Of a stretch of DNA of 64,000 nt, positions 37,881 to 46,115 are shown in pieces. The notes under the pieces are model-generated. The model was not told the origin of the DNA, did not search any database, and worked only from the letters and a program-made list of their open reading frames with translations. Every line of letters begins with the position of its first letter. Position 1 is the stretch's first letter. A program made the position numbers and the translations under genes. The DNA comes from Patescibacteria group bacterium. GTDB lineage: Bacteria; Patescibacteriota; Patescibacteriia; JACRDY01. The stretch covers positions 9,308 to 73,307 of the forward strand of contig JBAZBH010000004.1 in NCBI GenBank assembly GCA_041671565.1, read 5' to 3'.

Positions 37881-37920
37881 TAGCGCAGGCAGGCGGGCGT
37901 TCGATTCCTCCCCCCAGAGC
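37881..37920 (+). pseudogene. Degenerate 3'-half copy of tRNA-Asn
   Basis: gcgggcgttcgattcctccccccagagc mirrors the genuine gcaggttcgaatcctgctcccagagc; acceptor complementarity to the upstream 5' pseudo-half (gctctgggg/ccccagagc). Confidence 0.5.
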
Positions 37921-37967
37921 TTAATAGATAATACTTGGCCGCTTAATCTTTACTCTAAATTAAGATA

Positions 37968-40184
37968 ATGGTAATATATAGGTATATGCCATGGAAACTT
38001 CCGATCCCATCAAAAATAAAAAGGATTGAGACAAAGGATAAAAAAGAAGCGGCTAGTTTTAAAAAAGCCGGTTTTTCTCAAAAAAGAATGAAAAGCGGCA
38101 AGTTTGTTTTAGAAAGAAAACTCCCAAAATGGGAATACTTTCAAGAAAAAGTTCGTGTATTTTTAGATGTTCTTGGATTTCAGGATATTGAATGTGGACA
38201 ATCGGCTCGATTGGGGAGATATCAGATTGATGTTTTTGGTGGGTACGAAGGGACCTTTTTGGTTTTTGAATGCAAAAGTGTTAACGAACCAAAGCGAAAA
38301 ACGATTAGACAGATTATAAATGATTTTGCCGGAAAAAAAGCAGAAATAGAGCAAGCAATAAGAGAAAGATTTGGTTCTAAATACAATGAAGTTAAATTTA
38401 TTTTAGCTCTCGAAGAAATAGACATTTTAGAAGAAGATGAAAAAACTGCTCGTGAAAATGATATTTATATATGGGGTAGTAGTTATTTAAAAACTGGTGA
38501 AGATCTCTTTTCACTTATTGGTCCGTTGGCTTTACATTATGTTTTAAAAGAATTAGGTGTTAGTTCAAAACCCATTAAAGATGAGGAAGGAGGGGCTGAT
38601 TATAAAGTTCCAAGTTTTCGTATAACGGTGGGAGATCAACAATTATATAGTTTTTTTCTTCCTGCCGAAAAATTGTTAAATTTAGTGTATGTTTTTCGTC
38701 TTCAGCCGGGGAATGAAGATGCCTATCAAAGATTTATTTCAAAAAAACGTATTCTCGGAACAAAAGATGAAATTGGTATAACTGATTTTATAAACAACGG
38801 CGGATTTTTTAAAAACACCGTTGTTTGTAGTTTTGAAAGGCAAGTCCATTTTGAGGCAAAACCAACTGGTCTTTTATTGCAATCAACAAATATAGAATTT
38901 GGTATTTTGAGCATTCCAAAATTATATGGAACAGTTTGGGTTATTGATGGACAACATAGAATCTATGGTTATGCCGGTGCAAATCCTGAAACTAAAAAAT
39001 CACATATTGGGATAATGGCTTATCAAGATATTGAAAAAAAACGTCAAGCAAAAGATTTTATTGATATTAATCAAAAACAAAAATCAGTAGATCCTAATAC
39101 TCTTTGGGATTTACTTTCCCAAACAGATCCATATTCAATGCAGGGTGCGATAACAAAAATTGCTCGCGGATTGAATAAAAATGGAATTTTTAAAAATAAA
39201 ATTTTAATTCCAGGGAAAATGTTTCATGGTAAAAAATCATTATATCCATTAAAAATAGCCAATATTTGTAATAGTTTGTATGATCGCAGATTACTTGACT
39301 ATAAAGGCCGCGACAATTTATATAAAAGAACTTCAGATGTAGCGGATAGTAATTATTACCCGGATAGTGTTATAAACTACCCAGTAGATGTCCTTAATCA
39401 GTATTTTTCTTTACTTTGGGATATTGCAGACAAAACTCCAGAATGGAGAAAGGGGTTTATCATTCAAAATAATGGATTTAATATTTTTTTGCGCGTTCTC
39501 GCAGAAGTTTTGAAATTTCAAAAAGGCAATTGGGATAAACAGGTAGCAAAAGAATTAATGGATGAACCATTGAAATTATATTTTGAAGAGCAGTTTGAAA
39601 AAATAAAAGATATAAGGATCTCAACAAGTAATGAGGCGGGTAGAGCAAAGGTTGCTTTAGAAATTATAAAGCATATTAACCAGAAACAAGAGTCTTTTGC
39701 CCGTGAATTTATTGCGGAAACAGAAAAAAGAGAACGGTCGGCTTTTGAAAAATTAGAGCCTTATCAAACATTAAAAGAATTAGAAACAAGTTTAAGGGTT
39801 TTTATTGAGGAAAAATTAAAGCAATTAACACCAAATTGGTGGAAACAAAGAATCCCATCGGATGTTCAGGAAAAAGCTGAAGAAAACATGGCTAAAAACG
39901 AAAGTCCTTGGCCATGGGTACCAATAGAGGAAAAATCGCCGATCTTTTATATTAATTTTCCTGATTATGGGAAAATAATTCAAAGAAAAGATAACTGGAA
40001 TGATATTTTTTCAAAAATATTTAAAGATTCTAATATAATCTTTTCTTGGTTGAGGGAGTTGGAGGATATCCGCAATAAAATTGCCCATTTTCGTCCTATT
40101 TCCGTTGAAGAGTCTACCACCCTTAGACTTAATACAAGTAAAATTATAAAAACTATCAAACCAACAGAAGAGAAAGAGGAGTAG
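37968..40184 (+). CDS. Three-domain fusion: PD-(D/E)xK (Mrr_cat-like) nuclease + DGQHR (DndB-like ParB-fold) domain + C-terminal HEPN (Rx4H). Candidate defense protein on an AT-rich islet.
   Basis: N-term FLDVLGFQDIECGQSARLGRYQIDVFGGYEGTFLVFECKS (D..ExK); middle GTVWVIDGQHRIYGY; C-term WLRELEDIRNKIAHFRP (R-N-K-I-A-H). About 36% GC versus about 50% flanking. An alternative start at 37986 is possible. Confidence 0.75.
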   Translation: MVIYRYMPWKLPIPSKIKRIETKDKKEAASFKKAGFSQKRMKSGKFVLERKLPKWEYFQEKVRVFLDVLGFQDIECGQSARLGRYQIDVFGGYEGTFLVFECKSVNEPKRKTIRQIINDFAGKKAEIEQAIRERFGSKYNEVKFILALEEIDILEEDEKTARENDIYIWGSSYLKTGEDLFSLIGPLALHYVLKELGVSSKPIKDEEGGADYKVPSFRITVGDQQLYSFFLPAEKLLNLVYVFRLQPGNEDAYQRFISKKRILGTKDEIGITDFINNGGFFKNTVVCSFERQVHFEAKPTGLLLQSTNIEFGILSIPKLYGTVWVIDGQHRIYGYAGANPETKKSHIGIMAYQDIEKKRQAKDFIDINQKQKSVDPNTLWDLLSQTDPYSMQGAITKIARGLNKNGIFKNKILIPGKMFHGKKSLYPLKIANICNSLYDRRLLDYKGRDNLYKRTSDVADSNYYPDSVINYPVDVLNQYFSLLWDIADKTPEWRKGFIIQNNGFNIFLRVLAEVLKFQKGNWDKQVAKELMDEPLKLYFEEQFEKIKDIRISTSNEAGRAKVALEIIKHINQKQESFAREFIAETEKRERSAFEKLEPYQTLKELETSLRVFIEEKLKQLTPNWWKQRIPSDVQEKAEENMAKNESPWPWVPIEEKSPIFYINFPDYGKIIQRKDNWNDIFSKIFKDSNIIFSWLRELEDIRNKIAHFRPISVEESTTLRLNTSKIIKTIKPTEEKEE

Positions 40185-40305
40185 GGGAGTTTTGTGGATG
40201 AATATCTATAAGTTGATATTCTCTGGGCGAGTATTGTCCCGAGAATTTTTTGTTTATCCTTTACCCCACCCTTGGGGATAACTGGCTATTTACCCCTTAA
40301 CGGCG

Positions 40306-40334
40306 TTGACTTTTGGCTAGCCGGGCTCTATAAT
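40306..40334 (+). promoter_or_regulatory. Near-consensus sigma70 promoter (TTGACT-17-TATAAT)
   Basis: ttgact tttggctagccgggctc tataat. Confidence 0.6.
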
Positions 40335-40380
40335 TTTGCTAGTGTTAAAGCATAATCCTTTGGAGGGCGAGATAAATAAT

Positions 40381-40497
40381 ATGGTCCTAGACCAAGTGGC
40401 GATAGGTGAGAGTGAGCCGCCTAGCGGTTGTCGGTTTTTAAGCAAGTTAAATTTACAAAATAATTTATCGCTTGGTTTGATTATTCAGTCGTTTTAA
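40381..40497 (+). CDS. Possible 38 aa leader micro-ORF (MVLDQVAIGESEPPSGCRFLSKLNLQNNLSLGLIIQSF)
   Basis: ggaggg SD 14 nt upstream; spans a ccgcctagcgg hairpin + T-run; lies in the ~190 nt leader of the ATP-grasp/KamA cluster. Confidence 0.25.
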   Translation: MVLDQVAIGESEPPSGCRFLSKLNLQNNLSLGLIIQSF

Positions 40498-40525
40498 AAC
40501 CGGCTGTTTTTTAATTAACTAATTT

Positions 40526-41641
40526 ATGACCGAAGGCAACGGGACAAACGGGCAAAACAACAATGGCGTTGGCGCGGCGGCGGATAAAAGGGCCGCGGCT
40601 TTGGTTTTGCCGCAAAAAGTGGCGATCATTTACAGCGAGGTCAAGCGGGAGTATTTTCCTACAGAAACCCAGTATTTGACCGAGAAAGACGCGCTTCGCG
40701 ACGCCCAGGCGGTGGCCGGCTATTTGGAAAAACTGGGCGTGACGCCAATGCTTTATCCCGGCGACGCTGACTTGGCGGAGAAAATCCGTCACGACCGGCC
40801 GGAAATGCTGATCAATATGGTCGGTTCGGTCAAAGGCAATGAGTATCTGGCTTCCGCCATTCCGGCGCTCGCCGAGCTCCTAGACATTCCTTATACTGGC
40901 GCCGGCATTTTGGGCGAGTCGCTCGCTTACAATAAATTTCTGGTTAAAAAACTTTTACAGCAAAACGGCGTGCCGGTACCCAACTACCAGCTGTTTAGTG
41001 ACCAAAATGATTTTCTCGACCCGACACTGCGGTTTCCGGTCATTTCCAAACTCAATGAAATTCATGGCGCCGTGGAAATTACCAAAGACGCCGTGTCCGA
41101 GAACGAAAAGCATTTGCGGGCGCGGCTCAGTTTCCTGATCAAAACCTACGAACAGCCGGTTTTGGTGGAGGAGTTTATCGCCGGCCGGGAAATTTCCGCC
41201 ATGCTTTTGGAAGGTTTGAACAAAAAGGTTTATCTTGCCGAAAAGGTTTTTAACAAGCCGGATGAAAAATACGCCTTTGCCACTTTTGAAGACCAGTGGT
41301 TGGAAGAGGCCTCAGGCAAAGCGCCATTCACTTACCAAAAGTTTCAGGACAATATTCTCAAAGAATATGTGAAAAAAGCCTTTGAAATCACCAAAATGGC
41401 TGACTATGGCAAGTTTGATGTCCGGCTGGATAACTCCGGCCGCTACTACTTTGTGGACTGCAACAGCAACCCGGCGTTTGGCCCGAAAGAAGTGGACTGC
41501 GCCATTGCCAATATCCTTGATCTTTACGGTGTCTCTTTTTTAGAAATTTTGCGGCGGCTCCTCCTTAACACCGCCCGCGACGCCAAGTCCAAGATTTCGC
41601 CCAGCCCGGATTCTGGCGATGACAGCAATAATGAAAAGTAA
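40526..41641 (+). CDS. ATP-grasp ligase, D-alanine--D-alanine ligase family (paralog 1)
   Basis: Ddl-like N-domain (KVAIIYSEV...LGVTPMLYP), central LAELLDIPYTGAG, ATP-grasp core KLLQQNGVPVP...PVISKLNEIHGA...VLVEEFIAGREIS, C-terminal VDCNSNPAFG. Confidence 0.7.
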   Translation: MTEGNGTNGQNNNGVGAAADKRAAALVLPQKVAIIYSEVKREYFPTETQYLTEKDALRDAQAVAGYLEKLGVTPMLYPGDADLAEKIRHDRPEMLINMVGSVKGNEYLASAIPALAELLDIPYTGAGILGESLAYNKFLVKKLLQQNGVPVPNYQLFSDQNDFLDPTLRFPVISKLNEIHGAVEITKDAVSENEKHLRARLSFLIKTYEQPVLVEEFIAGREISAMLLEGLNKKVYLAEKVFNKPDEKYAFATFEDQWLEEASGKAPFTYQKFQDNILKEYVKKAFEITKMADYGKFDVRLDNSGRYYFVDCNSNPAFGPKEVDCAIANILDLYGVSFLEILRRLLLNTARDAKSKISPSPDSGDDSNNEK

Positions 41642-41644
41642 TTT

Positions 41645-42676
41645 ATGAAGAAGCTTAACCTAGGCTTCATCTATAATGTCCGCCACACGGCGCCGGATTT
41701 AAACAATCCGCAGTATTTGCTGGAAGCGGAATTTGACACGCCGGAGACGATTGCCGGCATCACCGGGGCGTTGGAAAGTTTGGGCCACACGGTTTATCCG
41801 GTGGAGGCGGACGAAGACGCTTACCCTAAACTCAAAGAATTAAAAGGCAAAGTTGATTTGGTTTTTAATGTTGCTGAAGGCATTCGCGGCGCCGACCGTG
41901 AAGCGCAGTTGCCGGCGATGATGGAAATGCTCGGCTTGCCTTACACTGGGCCGCCGCCGATCGGCTACGCTTTAGGTTTAAACAAAGCCGTGGCCAAAGA
42001 AATCCTGGCTTATTACCACATTTTAACCCCGCGCTGGCGGACAGTTTCGCGTTTAGAAGAATTGGAACAAAAGCAGTTTGATTTTATGCCGGTGATTGCG
42101 AAGCCGCTGTCCGAAGGCTCGAGCAAGGGGATACAAGCTAAGAATTTAGTTCATAATTTAGCCGACTTAAAAACCATCACGGCGGAACTTTTGGCGGCCT
42201 ATCATCAGCCGGTGCTTTTGGAGGAATATCTGCCGGGCCGCGAGTTTACCGTTGGCGTGATTGGCACGCCACCAGAGGTCCTGCCGATCATCGAGGTGTC
42301 GTTTGACGCTTTACCCCCGGAGATGCCCAAATTTGACCATTTTGAGGCTAAATGGGTATATGACAATCCGGCCACGGAGGCTGATCCGCTGGTTTGCCCG
42401 GCCGTTCTTTCGCCGGAGCTGGAAGGGCAGATCAAGAACCTTTGCCTGCAGGCGTTTGATGTCCTGGAAATGGCGGACTGGGCGCGGTTTGATGTGCGGC
42501 TCGACAAGAATAATTTACCCCACATCTTGGAAGTTAACTGCCCGCCGGGGATTATCCCGGACCCGAAAGAAAATTCCCGCTTTCCGCGGGCGGCGCGGAC
42601 CGCTGGTTACAGTTTCCCGCAAATGTTAGAAAAAATATTGCTGTCGGCTTGCCACAAAACTCTCGCCCCACCTTAG
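41645..42676 (+). CDS. ATP-grasp ligase, D-alanine--D-alanine ligase family (paralog 2)
   Basis: FNVAEGIRGADREAQLPAMMEMLGLPYTGP (Ddl N-domain), PVIAKPLSEGSSKGI, VLLEEYLPGREFTVGVIG, LEVNCPPGI. Confidence 0.7.
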   Translation: MKKLNLGFIYNVRHTAPDLNNPQYLLEAEFDTPETIAGITGALESLGHTVYPVEADEDAYPKLKELKGKVDLVFNVAEGIRGADREAQLPAMMEMLGLPYTGPPPIGYALGLNKAVAKEILAYYHILTPRWRTVSRLEELEQKQFDFMPVIAKPLSEGSSKGIQAKNLVHNLADLKTITAELLAAYHQPVLLEEYLPGREFTVGVIGTPPEVLPIIEVSFDALPPEMPKFDHFEAKWVYDNPATEADPLVCPAVLSPELEGQIKNLCLQAFDVLEMADWARFDVRLDKNNLPHILEVNCPPGIIPDPKENSRFPRAARTAGYSFPQMLEKILLSACHKTLAPP

Positions 42677-42716
42677 AAAACTGGTTAAAACCTGCCCGGC
42701 CATCCGCCGGCAGTTT

Positions 42717-43574
42717 GTGCCGAGCGCGAAGGAGGGGAAAGACGAAGTCCTGACTTCGACTGACCCGCTGATGGAAGAGCACTTTACCGTCACCCGCGGC
42801 CTGGTCCACAAATATGGCAATCGCGCTTTGGTTCTTCTGACTATGAATTGCGCCGCTTACTGCCGGTTTTGCACGCGCCGCCGGTCAGTGTCGGATATTC
42901 AAAAGGGGATGATTACGCCCGCCGACATCAAGAAAATGGTTAGTTATGTCAGAAAGCACCGGGAAATCACCGAGCTGATTTTTTCCGGCGGTGATCCGCT
43001 GACCGTGCCGGCGATTTTAAAAATGGCTTTACGGCAGTTTGCTAGTTTGCCGCAGATTAAAGTCATCCGGGTGGGTTCGCGCCTGCCGGTGTCGAACCCC
43101 GCGGCCGTTAATCGCCAAGTGATTTCGGCGCTTCAGGAAGTTAAAAAGCAACCATTATATCTCATGCTCCACTTTGAACATCCGGCGGAAATCACGCCGG
43201 CAACGGTTGCGGCGGTTAAACGGCTGCAGTCAGTTGCCACCATGACGCTGTCGCAGTCGGTTTCGCTGAAAGGTGTTAATGACTCAGTTAAAACGCTTTA
43301 CGAGCTTTTCAGCCGGCTGGTGGAAATCGGGGTCAAGCCTTATTACCTTTACCGTTGTGACCCAGTCAAAGGAGCCGAGCATTTTATTGTGGATTTTAAA
43401 AAAGAAGTCCGAATTTTTACCGAACTTCGTAAACGCCTCAGCGGTCTCGCCACGCCCCTGTATGTCATTGACGCGCCCGACGGCGCCGGCAAAATTCCCG
43501 TGCCGCTCGATTTCTGGCAGTTTGACGCTACTGGTTACCGAGATTTCCGGGGGAAGAAGTTGAAAGTGATTTAG
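42717..43574 (+). CDS. KamA-family radical SAM protein (lysine 2,3-aminomutase / EpmB-like), short form
   Basis: CAAYCRFCTRRR (Cx3Cx2C cluster in the KamA-specific CRxCxRR context); SGGDPL; only 285 aa. Confidence 0.7.
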   Translation: MPSAKEGKDEVLTSTDPLMEEHFTVTRGLVHKYGNRALVLLTMNCAAYCRFCTRRRSVSDIQKGMITPADIKKMVSYVRKHREITELIFSGGDPLTVPAILKMALRQFASLPQIKVIRVGSRLPVSNPAAVNRQVISALQEVKKQPLYLMLHFEHPAEITPATVAAVKRLQSVATMTLSQSVSLKGVNDSVKTLYELFSRLVEIGVKPYYLYRCDPVKGAEHFIVDFKKEVRIFTELRKRLSGLATPLYVIDAPDGAGKIPVPLDFWQFDATGYRDFRGKKLKVI

Positions 43575-43612
43575 ATAGCCGATAGCACATAGCTCATAGC
43601 CGATAGTTGGAC
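43575..43612. repeat. GATAGCCGATAGC-word repeat
   Basis: gatagccgatagcacatagctcatagccgatag. Confidence 0.45.
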
Positions 43613-43643
43613 GAGTTGTAAGTTCTTCTTTTTATAATAAAAT

Positions 43644-44984
43644 ATGGAAGGGATACTCGTTATAATAGGGATAGCTATAATTTGGGGAATAATTTCTTGG
43701 TTTATTGAAATTTTTTCTAATTCAAAAAGATACTTAGAATTAAAGCCAAAACTAGATAATTTAGAAAAAGCAACGAAGGAGCAAGAATTAAAAATTTTAA
43801 ACAATGCGGCAAAATTAGAGGCAGAGTCACAGAAAAGATTAGATGAATTTTCGCAAAAAGTTAAGAAAACAAGCGACGAATTTGAGCTAAAAGAAAAATT
43901 ATGGAATGAACAGATGCAGAGGGAGATAGGTGAAATTCAAAAAATAGCTAAACAAAAATCAATGGGATTTCCTTGGTTAGCCGAAGCATATGCAGATTAT
44001 TTCACATTAGAAGATTATAAATTAGAAAAATATCTAAAAGATAAAAAACATCCAGCATATACTGCCGCAGAAAATGTAAGGATTATTAAAAATGAAAAGA
44101 GGGAATTATTGAAGGAAAATAAAATAGTCAGATATAAAATTAATTATTTTGAAAAATTATTTCCATGGCTCTCCGAATTAATTGCTGAAGACGAAGACGA
44201 ATATATTCCAGTTAGAATTGATAATATAGATGATGACAATAATGAAGATAGGGTTAAAGATTTTCTTACACCAGAAGAATACAAAAATCTTCCCTCTGTC
44301 GAAAGAAATCAAATAGCCCTAGATAGATATTTGAAAAATAGAAATAAGTCAAAATGGGCGATTGGCAGAGATTATGAAATGTATGTTGGGTATTTATATG
44401 AACAAGCCGGGTATTCTATCGAATACAAAGGAATTCTCGATGGTTTTGAAGATCTGGGTAGAGATATTATTGCTAAAAAGGGTGGTGAAGTTTGTATTAT
44501 CCAATGTAAACACTGGGCACAATATAAGGAGATACATGAAAAACATATTTTTCAACTCTTTGGAACAACGATGGAATATTGGATAAATAATTATCAAGCT
44601 GTGAGGAGCCAATTAAATTTATTCTCTCAAAATTTGAATAGTAATAATGCACCTAAAAGTTTTGAAGAATTTGCAAAATTTTTAAATGAAAATAAACTTC
44701 GGCCAATATTTTTTACATCAACAAAACTATCTAATAAAGCCAAGGAAATGGCAAATGCCTTGAGCGTTGAAATTAGAGAAAACGAATCACCTGGCGAATT
44801 TCCAAGAATCAAATGTAATATAAATAGCGACGAGTTTAGTTATCCAACAAAAATTTATCACCTGCCAATGGATCAGCAATATGATCGGACTATAATAGGT
44901 AATCGTTCAGGAGAGTTTTATGCTTTTACGGTTAAACAGGCAGAAGATGCTGGATTTAGGCGAGCTTTTAAGCACAGATTTTAG
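43644..44984 (+). CDS. Membrane-anchored coiled-coil protein with Mrr_cat-like (PD-(D/E)xK) restriction-endonuclease domain; AT-rich islet
   Basis: N-terminal TM; about 120 aa K/E-rich coiled coil; GRDYEMYVGYLYEQAGYSIEYKGILDGFEDLGRDIIAKKGGEVCIIQCKHW (Mrr_cat pattern). About 31% GC. Confidence 0.6.
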   Translation: MEGILVIIGIAIIWGIISWFIEIFSNSKRYLELKPKLDNLEKATKEQELKILNNAAKLEAESQKRLDEFSQKVKKTSDEFELKEKLWNEQMQREIGEIQKIAKQKSMGFPWLAEAYADYFTLEDYKLEKYLKDKKHPAYTAAENVRIIKNEKRELLKENKIVRYKINYFEKLFPWLSELIAEDEDEYIPVRIDNIDDDNNEDRVKDFLTPEEYKNLPSVERNQIALDRYLKNRNKSKWAIGRDYEMYVGYLYEQAGYSIEYKGILDGFEDLGRDIIAKKGGEVCIIQCKHWAQYKEIHEKHIFQLFGTTMEYWINNYQAVRSQLNLFSQNLNSNNAPKSFEEFAKFLNENKLRPIFFTSTKLSNKAKEMANALSVEIRENESPGEFPRIKCNINSDEFSYPTKIYHLPMDQQYDRTIIGNRSGEFYAFTVKQAEDAGFRRAFKHRF

Positions 44985-45061
44985 GTGATTCTTACTGCTC
45001 GTCATTCAAAAAATAAAATTAATATTATATATAAAAAAACACTTACCTTAGTTTTTTATAA

Positions 45062-45093
45062 AAAGGCTAAAGCCCGCGAAATGATTCGCGGGC
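45062..45093. terminator. Bidirectional intrinsic terminator
   Basis: aaaaaggctaaagcccgcgaaatgattcgcgggcttttt. Confidence 0.6.
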
Positions 45094-45108
45094 TTTTTGT
45101 GACGGTTG

Positions 45109-45312
45109 TCAGGAGGGCAGGCCGATATTGCCGGACAGCGCTTGGGCGATGATGCCCAGCAGTTTGACCAGCACTTCTTCCAGGCCGACGAAAATGCTCG
45201 GCAGGAAGAGTTTGATCACGACGATGGCCAGGGCCAGCGACAGCGCGCTTCTCATAGATTTTAGTCTATGAATTAGTCCAGCGAGGTTGAACCATTCAGC
45301 CGGGCTGACCAC
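45109..45312 (-). CDS. Possible small membrane protein (67 aa)
   Basis: Hydrophobic ORF on the opposite strand immediately after the bidirectional terminator; no family signal. Confidence 0.25.
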   Translation of the reverse strand: MVSPAEWFNLAGLIHRLKSMRSALSLALAIVVIKLFLPSIFVGLEEVLVKLLGIIAQALSGNIGLPS

Positions 45313-45434
45313 GCCCGCTGTTAGGCTGGCCTTTGGTTTCCCTCCTGGCGCAGTGCTCCTGCGTCAAGAGGGAAAATTGGCAATGTTCAGGGGGTAATAC
45401 CTTTTTAACTTATTTAATCAATCCTGCCAATGAT

Positions 45435-45463
45435 TTTGCTTTTTTGTCAACAGAGGTGTATAC
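45435..45463 (+). promoter_or_regulatory. Putative sigma70 promoter (TTGCTT-17-TATACT)
   Basis: ttgctt ttttgtcaacagaggtg tatact, about 60 nt upstream of the CYTH gene. Confidence 0.4.
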
Positions 45464-45522
45464 TGGAAGCAATTTTGAAAATTAGTAACATTATTTTTTT
45501 GCCGCCGTCTAAATAAGCGTTT

Positions 45523-46101
45523 ATGGCGATTGAATACGAGGCAACATTTTGGCCAGTTGATAAGGATGAAGTCAGAGACAGATTGAAACAAGCCGGCGCA
45601 AAACTTTTGCGGCCGGAATTTTTGCAACGGCGGTATAATTTTGCTTTGCCGGGCGTCGGTAAGGTGACGGACACTTGGCTCCGGGTGCGCGACGAGGGGG
45701 ATCAGATTACGATGAGCCTGAAAGGCGTTTACGGCGAGCGGATTGAAGACCAAAAAGAGATTTGCCTGAAAGTTGATAATTTTGAAGAAGCGAAAAATTT
45801 TCTGGAAGGCTTAAACTGCCAGATTAAATCTTACCAAGAGACCAAAAGAGAAATTTGGCAGCTTGACGGCGTCGAGATTGTGATTGACGAGTGGCCTTTT
45901 CTGGAGCCGCTGGTTGAAATCGAAGGCCCGGGTGAGGCGGCGGTCAAAGCCGCAGCCGTTAAGGCCGGGTTTGATTACACCACGGCGCAGTTTTGTTCCG
46001 TTGCCAAACTCTATAAAGACAAATATAACTTAGAATGGGACCAAATCAGCAACCAGACGCCGAAAATTGTTTTTGAAATGGCTAATCCGTTCGTTAAGTA
46101 G
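45523..46101 (+). CDS. CYTH-domain protein (class IV adenylyl cyclase / triphosphatase fold)
   Basis: IEYEATFWP (ExExK-type start), TWLRVRDEG, ...EPLVEIEG acidic tunnel motifs. Confidence 0.65.
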   Translation: MAIEYEATFWPVDKDEVRDRLKQAGAKLLRPEFLQRRYNFALPGVGKVTDTWLRVRDEGDQITMSLKGVYGERIEDQKEICLKVDNFEEAKNFLEGLNCQIKSYQETKREIWQLDGVEIVIDEWPFLEPLVEIEGPGEAAVKAAAVKAGFDYTTAQFCSVAKLYKDKYNLEWDQISNQTPKIVFEMANPFVK

Positions 46102-46115
46102 TTAAGAGGGGCTAT

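Noticed and set aside
45109-45312. Holin/toxin assignment for the 67 aa minus-strand membrane ORF
   Set aside because: It is only a hydrophobic ORF with no motif and no RBS evident. It is kept as a low-confidence CDS only.
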